A stretch of DNA of 59,164 nt from Chiloscyllium plagiosum (GCF_004010195.1 NC_057717.1:106121548-106180711), one strand, 5' to 3'; numbered from the stretch's first letter, positions 37,264 through 49,288 are shown. Program-made: numbers and translations. Notes: a model not told the origin generated them from the sequence alone.

Positions 37264-38469
37264 GATATGAAACTGTCCCACCCCACTTGGGGGTCAGGCT
37301 GCTTGATACCCTACCTGAGATCTGGGCCTCCTGATGGATTCTCTGCTTGAGAATTATTCCCCCAGAGTTCAGGGCTCTCTGGACATCCACCTCACTTAAC
37401 TCCTTGACTTTTCTGTGAAAATTTAGCTAATGGAATTCATTTGAGGCTAGTCATTGAATATATTCAAGGGTGAATTTGATAGTCTTTATTAGTGAGGAAA
37501 TTAAGAGTGATGGAGGCAAACCAGAAAGTGGAAAAGAGGCCATGTTCAGATCAGCTAGGGTCGAATTAAATAACAAAGCAGGCCTAATGGCTTGAGTGAC
37601 CTACTTGTAGAACTCCAGGCAATCTCTTCCTGAGTTGTGTCCAAGTAGGCTGACCTCATAGCAGTGAAATTTCACATACTAGGCTGGCAGTAACGTAAGA
37701 TGGCTCCTCAGGTAGTCGCTGAAACACTTTCACAGAAATATGAGACAAATGACATCCCAGGAGGAAGAGGTACAGGATGTGGAATAATCAACTAAATTTA
37801 GGACAATGAAATAAAATATGGGATGGTTGGTCACCCAGTTGTAGAGTTAACAAGTTTTGCCCATTAATAATCCATAGTTCAGAGAAACTAATACAAAGGT
37901 TAATGGAAGGAAAATACCAAACATCTTAAAAGGCAAAATAAGTCCTCCCTTTTTAAAAATGTAACTGATATTATTACTTTACATTGTTTTTTCAATATTT
38001 GTCCGTAATGTTTCTAGCACTTCTACGTTAAATGTAGTTCCAAACTGACAGTGAAGAAATGAATCCTAAGTGAATATTATAAAACTTTGTGATTTAGTAA
38101 ATCCACAGTTCTCTCCTATTTGGACTTAACTGTGTCTGGGCAACTAAGGCAGTACAGTGTGACATGCGTTTTGGGGGAGAATAACCCTGTCTGAAAATCT
38201 TTTGTGGGCAGAATGGCAGAATTTTGCATATGCCATGATTTTGTCATTATTTCCTTAGAATCTCAATCTCATGCAGGTTTTCAGTATAGGTTACTGATAT
38301 GTATTAGCTCATGTGATTTCTTAATTTCCATTTCTTTCCTTACTACTCTGAAAACAGTGACTTGTGTTCAGGTAAAATTGAATAGGTGTTTACAACTCTG
38401 CTTATTCATCAAGGTGGCCCAATATCAAAGGTATTTTGCATTAAGCTAATGTACTATAAGAATAAAGAA

Positions 38470-39960
38470 TGGCATTAATGATCAGGAGTAGCAAATTATG
38501 GATAACATTACGGCTGTAATTAGGGAGGATATTCCTGGGAGTATGGTCAGGGAGGTTATTTGGGTGGAACTGAGAAATAAGAATGGGAGGATCACCTTAT
38601 TGAGTTGTATTATAGATTCCCCCCAGCAGTCAATGGGAAATTGAGAAGCAAATTTGTAAGGAGATCTCAGTTATCTGTAAGAATAATAGAGTGGTAATGG
38701 TAGGGGCTTTTAAATGTCCAAACATAGACTGGAACTGTCGTGCTGTTCAGGGCTTGGATGGAGAGGAATTTGTTAAGTGTGTACAAGAAAATTATCTGAT
38801 TCAAGTATGTGGATATACCTACTGGAGAAGGAGCTGAACTTGATGTTCTTTTGGGAAATAAGGCTGGGCAGGTGACTGAGGTGTCAGTTGGGCAGCAGCT
38901 TGTGGCAAGCGACCATAATTCTACTAGTTTTAAAATAGTGATGGAAAAGGATAGACCAGATCTGAAAGTTAAAGTTCTAAATTGGAGGAAGGCCAATTCT
39001 GACAGTATTAGGCAAGAACTTTCAAAAGTTGATTGGAAGCAATATTCATAGGTAAGTTTGCAGATTACACCAAAATTGGAGGTGTAGTGGACGGCGAAAA
39101 AGGTTACCTTAGAGGATAATTGGACCTTTGTCAGATGGGTTTGTGGGCTGAGGAATGGCAAATAGTTTAATTTATGTAAATGGGAGGTACTGCATTTTGG
39201 AAATCAGGGCAGGACATAATGGTAAGGCCCTGGGGAACGTTGCTGAACAAAGATACCTTGGAGTGCAGGTTCATAGTTCCTTGAAAGTGGAGTCACAGGT
39301 AGACAGGATCATGAAGAAGGCATTTGGTATGTTTGCCTTTATTGATCAGTACTTGAGTATAGGAGTTGGGAGGACATGTTGCGACTGTACAGGACATTGA
39401 CCAGGCTACTTTTAGAATATGTGTTTGATTCTGGTCTCGTAGCTACAGGAAGGATGTTGTAAAACTTGAAAGGGTTCAGAAAAGATTTACAAGGATGTTG
39501 CCACGGTTGGAGGGTTTGAGCTATAGGGAGAGGCTGGAGGGCTGGGGATATTTTCCCTGCAGTGTCAGAGGCTAAGAGGTTACCTTATGGAGGTTTATAA
39601 AATCATGAGGGGCATGGATAGGGTGAATAGCCAAGGTCTTTTCCCTGGGGTGGCAGAATTCAGAATTAGAGAGCAGAGATTTAAGGTGAGAGGGGAAAGG
39701 TTTAAAAGGGACCTAAGGGGCAACTTTTTCACACAGAGTGTTGTGCGTATTTGGAATGAACTGCCAGAAGAAGTGGGTGGAGGCTGGCACAGTTACAACA
39801 TTTAAAAGGCACCTGGATGGGTATATGAACAGGAATGGTTTAAAGTGATATGCCAAATGCTGGCAAATGGAACTAGATTAATTTAGGATATCTGGTTGGC
39901 ATGGATGAGTTGGACCGATGGATCTATTTCCATGCTATACAGCTCTATAACTCTATGACA
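38470..39960 (+). mobile_element. CR1 LINE remnant with internal deletion and 3' tail
   Basis: PTGEGAELDVLLGN...SDHN, LGVQVHSSLKV and EVYKIMRGMDRV...GNFFTQ peptides. Confidence 0.88.
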
Positions 39961-40772
39961 TTTCTCTGCCCAGGTTGTTGAGCCTAAGCCTGCTCATATA
40001 AGATTAGTGAATTCAGCCCAGTCAAAAATTCAGAATGGACATTTATGGTCCGTATGGCACAATGCCACACCACAAGTTGCATGAACCCACTGAGCCAATA
40101 GAGAGGGGAGCTGTAAGGGATTTACTGCAGTGCGGTAATGTTGATTTGAGATGGATTACATATTAGTTTAATTACTGTTTTCTTATACCCTGCTGTGGCT
40201 TTTTAAATTATATTTAACTTGAGGGACAAAGAATCTCAGTGGATTTTGTTGGCGGGATGAATGTCTTTGATGCAGTACTGGGCCACCCACTGGTGATGTC
40301 AGTTCCCCAACTTTATAGCTAAAATTGGGACACCAATATTTAAAAATGGTATCTTGCTCAGTAACCCCTGTATCCGCAAAGCTACTCAAAATCTGGCAAG
40401 AATGATGAGAGATGTCCACCATGTGTCTAGTTGCAGAGTTTGCCTGCTGGTGTAAATCAGGAAAACAATTAAAATAATTTACAATTCCCTTTGTTTCAAC
40501 AGAACCCAAATATTGTAAAGTTTATGTGGCAGTATATCTTCGAAAATGTCAAATTCCTGGCAGACCAGTTGTTTGTTGTTGCAGGAGCATTTAGAAACAT
40601 GAAACTGTGTTTGAGATAAAGCTGTTGGCAAGAATATCTTCCAAAATGCTTAGAAATATTTGGAATTGATAGGTTTGACTCTTTCTGGACTCTTGGGTTT
40701 GTTTCTTACTCTGGCATTTTTAAAATTAAGGCAGATTAATGTATAAAGTGTTAGCAGATTGTGCACAGAATG

Positions 40773-41021
40773 ATTGTAAGTTAGCTCGCTGTAAGATTTG
40801 TTTTCAGATGTTTTGTCACCGTACTAGGTAACATCATCATTGAGAGTCCCGGTTCACTGCTGATGATGTCAGTAGTAACATCATCAGCAGTGAACCGGGA
40901 CTCTCACTGATGATGTTACCTAGTATGGTGACAAAATGCCTGAAAACAAATCTTCCCGCTCAGCGAGCTAACTTACATATTTATCATCAACCTGAGCTAC
41001 AAATCTTCTCAAAAATCGCTA
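40773..41021. mobile_element. Palindromic insert of a second hammerhead-bearing (Penelope-like) family
   Basis: Inverted arms of about 95 bp around 40870. CTGATGA-TGTTACC..GGTGAC-(G>A)AAA core. 11-bp TSD TGCACAGAATG (40762-40772 / 41022-41032). Confidence 0.8.
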
Positions 41022-41329
41022 TGCACAGAATGTGTTTAAAAATGCAGTTGTTTGTACGTTATTGCTACGGTTAACCCAGATAAATCAAATGTATCAGTGG
41101 AATTAATTTTGTGAAAATTTAATGGCTCCTCTGCCAAAATATTATTTGCTAATATTTTCAGATTTATTCTTATGGTCATGGCTAGCACGGGAGAGGAAAC
41201 ACTCAGCTGACTGTATAGCAAGACGATTTGCACAAAGAGAATATGTTTAGTCTTTTGCGGCAAGTATTAACTGGAGGAGAAGGTGACATTTGCACTGTGA
41301 CTATACGCAGCCGGAAGAGTGTGCTCTCA

Positions 41330-41570
41330 TCAGTAAATGCCAGCCTTAGTACAGTGCTGTGGGTTCTAGTTTCATACTAAACATCCTACTGACAATTGAG
41401 TGAAGGAGTGCTGTAATGTCAGAGGTACTGACTTTGCCAGGTGGATGTAAAAGATTTCCATAGAAGAGGAGGGGAGCCCTCACTATTCTGGTTAATATTT
41501 ATCTCTCAACTTACAAGGCTAAAAACATGATGTTGCAATTTATTTCATTACAGTTTGTGGGTCTAGGCTG
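41330..41570 (+). mobile_element. DeuSINE (SacSINE1/AmnSINE1-like) remnant
   Basis: Deu-domain words ggagtgctg..tgtcagaggt, aggtggatgtaaaagat, aatatttatctctcaac and tttcatt..gtttgtggg. Confidence 0.65.
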
Positions 41571-41629
41571 TTGTTTAATAATAATTATGCTCTATCAGGA
41601 TCATGTAGTAGTCAGAATGCTATCTTCGA

Positions 41630-42130
41630 CCCCTTCAATATGAAGTTTGGGACTTGAAATATCAGGGCTGTCATGGACAGCCATACCAGCAACAGAACTA
41701 AACTTTGCATTGTTGTAATAGCTCATGAACTCTGGCATGATGAAATTGACAATGATGTCCTGTGTGAGACATATTAGAGAGGAGAAGATCAGCTCATTAA
41801 GGTGGCAGTAGCACCATCGTCTATAAGGGAAAATCTGAGGTAGAACACAAGCTCCATCAGTTTGGATATGTCATTGGAAGCAAGCTAGTTGATTACTTCA
41901 ATGAGGCCCTCTATAGGTGAGAAATCACCTCATATTCCTTTGGCTCATGCTGACTCCAGAAATAGTACATCATGTTCATCATGTGTATGCCCCAAATGTG
42001 GAAGCAATGGATGAGACCAAAGAGGAATTCTATTCCAGCCTTGGGTGATCAGTAAACTATGTACAAAAGGGATTTTCCTTGGTGATTTCAGTGTAACAGT
42101 TGGGACAGAAATAAATCCTTGGAAAAACAT
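41630..42130 (+). mobile_element. Possible RTE-like LINE endonuclease remnant
   Basis: Degenerate GTWN-like start, LCET, YA(P)...ETKEEFYSSL and LGDFS-like words. Confidence 0.4.
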
Positions 42131-44947
42131 GAAACGTGCCACATTGGATTTTGTGACATGGTGTGAAGAGTAAAAGTGTATGGAAGTTGGCATTCACTCA
42201 ACTTGAGAAAATCTCTCAGGGTTTTCCAGCTGCATTGGGAATGCATTTTAGGGGAGGAAAAAGAACTGAAGTGAAGGAAACCAAATTCTCTGCAGATTCC
42301 CTGGACTACTGGTTGTAGCTATTGCTTCTTTAAACTTTTATGAGAAAGAATTTTGTCATATTGTATTTGATTCTTAGTCTTGATTTAACTAAGCAAAGTA
42401 TGATGTTGGATCAGTACTTTTTCTTGCTGAAAATATGATAACGTGAAAACGACTGCATAGTGACTGCTCTCCTTTGCTACCACTTACTTTTCCTTTCCTG
42501 TTTACATGTCTTATGGATATAACAGTTTGGTTCTAGCCAGTATTTCTCAAAAACAATTGTCCTTCATGTGTAAATTTGAACAGTGGATCTCAGCTGGCTG
42601 ATTTAGAAGAGGGAGCATCACACCCAACCTTGATCGTATCCTCACTTGTAACCAACATAGTGGGACTTCCCAGCAGAAATCATTCAATACTGATGTGGTG
42701 CAGATTTCATGGATGATTTTTTCCCCCTCTTGTTTGCTTGTGGTACTAAAAGTAATTATTGAAAAACACATATCAGACTTGAAATATTAACTCTCTGTCT
42801 CTCTCTTCCCCCGCCACAGATACTGCCAGATCTGCTGAGTTTTTTCCCAGCATTTTCCAGCAGTATTTTACTTTTATATAAAATTGAATCATTGCTGTCT
42901 TACCTGTTGCCTCTCCTGTCTGTAAAATTTCTCCTTCAGTTTGTAGATGACTTGATCTACATTTGCAGAAGAAAATCATGGCTGACGTTTTATGGTCAGA
43001 CTCTCTTTGCATTGCTTTGTGACACCCAATATTTATTGTGTTATTGCGCAGAAAATAACATTTTTTTGTTGAACAATAAAACTTTATTCAAACTTTCATA
43101 ACAATGCATTTAAATTAAACAGTTTCATCCACAAATCTCACAGCTCAAATAATGCTAATAGCTGTACAATTACTCTGATCATGTTTAATTTAAGATTAGC
43201 TTTAGAAAATTTCAAATTGTTCATTCTTTCTTGGACAATTATACAGAAATCATGTTATACAGTATATTCCCTACATTTTTGTAGACTGGATTGAAAGTCA
43301 GTTCTTGGTCTTCCCATGTACCCAGTCCTTATGAATTTAATTTGCTTACTAGTAGTTGCTCTTTAATGGGTAGGGCAATAGATGGGAGACGACTTACAAT
43401 CATTCTTGCATGAATTCTAGGTTATTACTAAAATTTAACCAGTAAATTGTCAGAGGGGAAAATTCAGGAAACTGAATTTACATGAGATTTTGTAAACATG
43501 AGTTTTTCATGATTAATACTCCTGATGGGGATGGGAGGAGTTTGACATTTTCCTTCAGACTTTTGCAGGTGAATATGCAAGGCTCAAGCCACAGTCCAAA
43601 GATGTAGAAGAATCAATGATGACCTTGAAGCTGTGAATGTTCTTGTCACAGAATATCTTGGCATTTGTCAATTTGTATGCAAGATTCTCCTTGTCGCAAA
43701 CAATTAATATAGTCTACAGTCTCCCAAATTATGGATTGATTTTGGAAATCCATCTAATCTAGATAAGTCACAAATTGCAGACTAATTTTAATTTCAAATT
43801 GGAAGGTGAAGTGGGGCAAATGTCTTTGCTTCTCAGATTTTCTTTTCCAGATAATTTTTCTTTAGATAAATTGCTTGGAGCCATAATTCACATCTGATCC
43901 ACATACCCTGCATCCAACCATTGCACAATGTGGATATACTGCATTAGAAAATCTTCCTGAATACCATGTTTAGTTTTTGCCTTGAAGTTTGTGCTACTTA
44001 GATAAGCATTGAAACTAAGTGGAAAATAATTAGTGGACTGGACCTAACTGGACACCTTTAAAAATTTCAAAAAGGGTTTGGGGTGGGCAATGTCATTGAT
44101 CTTCATTCTTTCAGATCTCCAGTTTATACTACTGGTTGGTCCAGCTGAATTGCTTCTGTCAGTGAGCAAAAAGGTGCGAGACACAATTATGATGGAACAA
44201 CCTCTTCTACACTGTAAGTAGGATGATGTGAAGGATTCAATAACGCAGTAGCTTGGCCTGACCAATCAGGAGTGTCTGGGAAGTTCAATTGCTACCAGTT
44301 CAGGCAAGGGGCACACAATGTTAGAGGGGCCAACATTAATAACATTTTATTCTGTCTCTCAGACTCTACAAGATAATATCCCTGTAATTTTGTACCTTGT
44401 GCAACATGCTCAAAGTGGACAGTTACTGGTCTGTGTTGGTTAAAGGGGAAAAAAGGAGATGAGGGAAAGTTGGATGACGGAATGATGGGAGAGGGGTGAG
44501 TGAGGAAGAGTTGGAAGTAGGCTAAAGTTGGTTACAAGGAAATACACGTAACCTGATTACAGTCCACTGATCTCTGCGAAAAAGAATATATATGTAGAAA
44601 TAATGTGATGTTTCTTGCCATTGAATGACCTGCCTATACTCATTAAGAGAAATGAAGTTTAGGATGAGTTATTGCAGGATTCTCAGTACCCATTGACGCA
44701 AACCATCAAGTAGTCAGCACCTTCGGGGGAGAAGCCAGTGCGAACAGTAGGATAAAAACATACAGTGCAAAAATATCAACATCAGCAATACAGTAATGTG
44801 ACAAAAAGTTATCTTTTTTGCAGACCCTCCGCGTCCAACTGTTGAGGTTTAAGTTGGTGAATTCATTTCTGTACCACTAACTGCCTGTTTTATCTTAATT
44901 TCTCTATTCTAAGGAATAACTTTGTACCTAAGATGGCAGTGTAAGGT

Positions 44948-45296
44948 TAGATTAGATTCCCTACAGTATGGAAATAGGCCCTTCAGTCCAACAAGTCCAC
45001 ACTGACCCTCCGAAGAGTAACCCACCCAGACCTATTCCCCTACCTTATATTTACTCCTGACTAATGCACCTAATATTATGGGCAATTTAGCATGGCCAAT
45101 TTAGCATGGCCAATTCTTCTGACCTGCACATCTTTGGATTGTGGGAGGAAACCAGAGCACCTGGAGGGAGGGTACCCATACAGGCTCGAGGAGAACGTGC
45201 AAACTCCACACAGACAGTCGCCCGAGGTGGGAATTGAATCCAAGTCCCTGGTGCTGTGAGGCAGCAGTGCTAACCACTGAGCTACCGTGCTGCCCC
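44948..45296 (-). mobile_element. HE1-like SINE
   Basis: Same family, with an internal 15-bp tandem duplication (caatttagcatggc). Confidence 0.88.
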
Positions 45297-46122
45297 TCAG
45301 CGGTTTATAAGTGGCAACTTATCAGTTTTTCACTGCACTCATTTGAATACATATGACAATAAAGCTAATTAAATTATATAGGAGCTTAATGTAATTTTTA
45401 AAGTTAATTTGGAATGTGAGCATCACCAGGTGGGCTATAATTTATTACCCACCCTTAGTTTCCTTGAGAGCAATCTGGCAGGAACTACATTGGTGTCTAT
45501 TTGTTGCTGCTTGAATTAACTAGCTGTAAAAAGAGAGAGGTACTTGATCAGTTCTGATGTATTTAGATTATTTGAAACTGAAACTTTCCCCAGATCATCT
45601 GCACCAAGCTGAGAGGTCCAGTGGGAAGATACATTGGTCCAGGATAGCACTGGCTATTTCTTAAAGTGCTCCTCCAGTCCCACTTATATTTGCGGTAACA
45701 ACTTTGTGATGACATTCTGGGACTCCAAGAACCAGTCAGGATTTACTGTTAACCAGCTATTTTAGTACAGCAGCCAGGTGAACCCTGGAAAAGACTTAAT
45801 AGTTCAAAGTGGAAATGTGTGAAACAGCAGGAACTTTTCATCTGTGATGAGGAGGCAAAGGGCAGTGACACATTTAAGACCTATCTTGACTTTGCAGGTG
45901 CGTGTGTTTAACTGTGACCCTCTGGCACAATCCTTTTCTTTTACTAAAGAACATGCTTAGCAATGTATTGAGCGCATAGCAGTTAATTTTGTTTTCACGG
46001 TTTAGGTCTATAGCATTTCAAATGGCATTGCCAATGCAATAATAGAACCATACTAGGATTTACTCATAATCTCTGTTTAAGTACATTCAATGCATATTAT
46101 TTCCCAATTAGTTAAATGCAAC

Positions 46123-46128
46123 TTTATT
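46123..46128 (-). terminator. Candidate S1PR5 polyadenylation signal (a second candidate lies at 43083-43088)
   Basis: TTTATT on + is AATAAA on -, about 820 nt downstream of the stop in repeat-free sequence. Confidence 0.4.
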
Positions 46129-46945
46129 CTGCAGTTACCAGAAATGTTTAATACTTGCTGATGCCTTAAATTTTAAATCGGTTTAGGCCTCTTTCGTTTA
46201 CAGTCTTCGAAGACTGTATTCTGGCGTCGAGCTGAATTCCCGTGGTGCGTTTACTGCGGGGCTCCAACTGTCATCGGGGGGGAGATTGTCATTCTAAAAT
46301 ATAAAGTGCTGTTTTAGCAGAGCTAACTGGATTCCAACAAAGAAGGTTACATCGGAAAACAAAGTTATGCTTCCAGCACTAATTCTCAGTGTTCAGCATT
46401 CACCATACTCATTACGCAACTTCGTATCTTGCAACACGAGGGTGGAGTCACATGAACTTCCTTTTATGTTTTTAAAATTGGATTTTTCTTGAATGTGTGC
46501 CTAATTGGTTCCTTCTATTTCATGGAGCCAGTTGCCAGGCAGAATTATCGCAGCTGTAGGCGGAGTTATTTGCTGCTGATATTAAAAGCTTTTAAAACAG
46601 CCTCACGTTGCTCTTTTAAAGCTACTTAAAATTTCAAAGCAAACTGCATGAGTGCAATTTTGGAAATATGTTACATCAACTCTTAGAAATTCTAGGCTGT
46701 GTTAAAACCTGCAAAAGTTTTTCAGTGGCAACTGGAAGCCAGTTTATGGTATCAGGCTGCCCACAATTGTCCTTTCTTTCCTGTTCCTGCCACAACATCA
46801 ACACTCTCGTAATTGGGCACCAGGCAGGTGATTTAGTTCCGGTCATCCCTAAAACGCAAGATGCAGAAAGTGAGTGCAGTTTCCCCTGTGAACAGGTGCT
46901 ACCTGTTTGAGATCAGTGTTAACCTGGACACTGCGGTCATCCAAG

Positions 46946-48082
46946 TCAGGCGACTGAGGTTCGAGTAGGTGATTGAGGTCCGTTGCCAGAGGACAGAGTT
47001 GTATGGAGGGGCTCATGCCTGTGAGATGATCTATCCATCTGACTTGTGCTGCACTCAGAGACCAGGATTCCACAGCACCTAGCCTGTTCTCCGTCTTTGG
47101 TCAGGCACAACAGGCGCACAATGGCCCGGCGCATGTCTCTGCTGGTCAGAGTGTAAATGATTGGATTCAGTGCTGAATTAATCATGGCCAGCCCGAGGAA
47201 ATAATCAGCCTTATAAAGAATCCTGCAAGTCCCCACTGTGCATGAAACATCCAGAAGTAGCACGATGAAGAGCGGCAGCCAGCAGGCGATGAAGGTGCCC
47301 ACCACAATGGTAACAGTTTTGAGTAACGCCAAATATTTCTGACTTCTGGATACCATGTTTCTCGATGTGCCTCCCATAGGGCTGTTGCATTTCACTAAAC
47401 GATAAATCCGAACGTATAATATAACGATTGCAAACAAGATTAATATAAAGATCAGGATGCAAACCAGAATATAGTTCTTGGAGTACAGTGGCAGCACTGT
47501 GGAGCATTCTGACAAGTTCCTAATACAATTCCACCCCATGATTGGCAGACTTCCAAGGAACACAGAGATAATCCAGTCTGCAGCCACAAAGAGACGTGTC
47601 CGGCACTTCTTATCTGTATGGTATAGTTGCATTCTCACCATGGTGACATGCCTCTCCACCGCGATGGCCAAGAGACTGAAAACGGAGGCTGTGAGCGTGA
47701 TAAAAACACCCCCCTCTCTCAAGAACCACAAGACCGGGGTCAACTTCAGTGTGTTGGCACCAGACAGCAAGATGTTGACCATGTAAGCGACTCCTGCCAA
47801 CATATCAGATAGAGTCAGGTTGGCCAGCAAATAATACATAGGCTTGTGGAACTTGCTATTCTTCCAGATGGCAATGAGAACCAGCAAATTCTCCAATATT
47901 ATAAAAAGACAAACTATTATAAACACGATCGCATGGACCCTCAACCCTGTGTGGTATCGGCTCGAAGTCAGTTTCCCAGTGTAATTATAGTGCAAGGCAA
48001 CCGTCTCATTGCTATAGTATTCGCTGAACCTGGGGCTCAATATAGTGTCAACGCTGTGACCTGCTGTGTGCCCTACATCCAT
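46946..48082 (-). CDS. S1PR5: Sphingosine-1-phosphate receptor 5 (class A GPCR, 378 aa, single coding exon)
   Basis: Seven hydrophobic helices and S1P-receptor hallmarks: LHYNYTGKL, LSD, WFLREG (R3.28/E3.29), ERH, GWNC...CSTVLPLY, CWLP, NPIIYTLT. Subtype 5 is favoured by REGGVF, LTASV, ADxFLGLAM and the GLR motif before TM1. Strong Kozak context AAAATGG with an in-frame upstream TAA. Confidence 0.9.
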   Translation of the reverse strand: MDVGHTAGHSVDTILSPRFSEYYSNETVALHYNYTGKLTSSRYHTGLRVHAIVFIIVCLFIILENLLVLIAIWKNSKFHKPMYYLLANLTLSDMLAGVAYMVNILLSGANTLKLTPVLWFLREGGVFITLTASVFSLLAIAVERHVTMVRMQLYHTDKKCRTRLFVAADWIISVFLGSLPIMGWNCIRNLSECSTVLPLYSKNYILVCILIFILILFAIVILYVRIYRLVKCNSPMGGTSRNMVSRSQKYLALLKTVTIVVGTFIACWLPLFIVLLLDVSCTVGTCRILYKADYFLGLAMINSALNPIIYTLTSRDMRRAIVRLLCLTKDGEQARCCGILVSECSTSQMDRSSHRHEPLHTTLSSGNGPQSPTRTSVA

Positions 48083-48122
48083 TTTGCGTAGTCTTGTAAC
48101 CGATGTTTACTTCAACCTTGTC

Positions 48123-48228
48123 AAAAATCACACACCAGGTTATAGCCCAGGTTTATTTGGAAGCACCAGTTTTCGGAGCACTGCTCCTTCATCAGGTGGT
48201 TGTGGAGAATAAGATTGTAAGACACAGT
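48123..48228 (-). mobile_element. Short Penelope-derived insert 40 nt upstream of the S1PR5 ATG
   Basis: Same family as 20970-21343. Perfect 12-bp TSD TTCAACCTTGTC (48111-48122 / 48229-48240). Confidence 0.88.
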
Positions 48229-48585
48229 TTCAACCTTGTCCTTCTTAGAATCTCAGAACGTCTAGTCGGTCAGAACACACCTGGACATGGTCCCGAGTAA
48301 ATTCACGGAGTCCAACTGATGAATGGGTGACTGATGATTGGCTGTTCCTTTGGGTCAGTTGATGCCGCAGTTTGCATTGAATGCAGCGATCCCAGGGTAA
48401 GGGAGCCGGCGGAGGAGGAGATGGGTGGAGTATCCTGTATGGTGCAGGATTATCGATGCCCTTTTGACAGATTCACCAGGTGTTAGTAAAGGGTTCGGGA
48501 TGTCGCAAGAGTTCACAAAAATCACCAGGAATAATGTGGATTACATGTTCCCGACCACAACCGAAAATCAGCAAGAGCCCTAATT

Positions 48586-48881
48586 CTAGGAGAAAAGAAA
48601 CAGTTAAAACACTTGTCGTTAATACCAAACCTCATCAAACATCTGTGTTTTTATAATCTGAAAAGGCTTACACAAAGTAAAGAAAGCCTCTAAAATTTCA
48701 ATTTTAAATATATTTCAGGAGGATAGTGAGCTTTTCTGTGGTAGACGGACTATGCGACCTGGTAGGAAAATCTGAAAAGTTACTGAACTAACTCCAGCCC
48801 AATTTACAGACACTTCTAGTAGCACAGTAAACACCGACAATTGAATATTGGAAAAAAAAATCGCAATTAGAAAACACTTAC
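48586..48881 (-). other. Probable 5'UTR intron of S1PR5 (296 bp)
   Basis: Minus-strand donor GACA|GTAAGTG at 48881 and acceptor TTTTAAC-TGTTTCTTTTCTCCTAG ending at 48586. Fits the S1PR family layout of a non-coding exon 1 plus one coding exon. Confidence 0.55.
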
Positions 48882-49110
48882 TGTCGAAGAGGAAATATAA
48901 CAGCGGTTACGGAACCCTTGATCCTGAGAGCTCAGTGTGAGCCGTTCTGCGCGGACTGGCCGCTGCTAACAGCTGGCAGAGTTTAAAGTGATGGGCCGGA
49001 TCGAGCCCGACGAACTTTCTGGGCGGGACAAGTTCGCCTTTGTTACCGCCTGAACTGAGAATAAGCACGAGCAGTAACTCGACCAGCACCTGGGGGTGGG
49101 GGAGGAAAAC
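48882..49110 (-). promoter_or_regulatory. Probable S1PR5 non-coding exon 1 and promoter
   Basis: CpG-rich patch next to the donor site, a GC box GGGCGG at 49021-49026 and a TTTAAA TATA-like word near 48982. Confidence 0.4.
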
Positions 49111-49141
49111 AAAGAAGCCTTTAGAATGCAGACCACGGATT

Positions 49142-49288
49142 ATGATTTGGAGATGCCGGTGTTGGACTGGGGTGTACAAAGTTAAAAATCACACAACACC
49201 AGGTTACAGTCCAACAGGTTTAATTGGAAGCTGGTGTGCTACCAAACCTGTTGGACTATAGCCTGGTGTTGTGTGATTTTTAACTTTG
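49142..49288. mobile_element. Palindromic Penelope-derived insert upstream of S1PR5
   Basis: aaagttaaaaatcacacaacaccagg...cctggtgttgtgtgatttttaacttt inverted repeat with a degenerate 12-bp TSD (10/12). Confidence 0.82.

Noticed and set aside
47211..48091. Overlapping and antisense ORFs within S1PR5
   Set aside because: Short alternative-frame by-products with no recognisable motifs.
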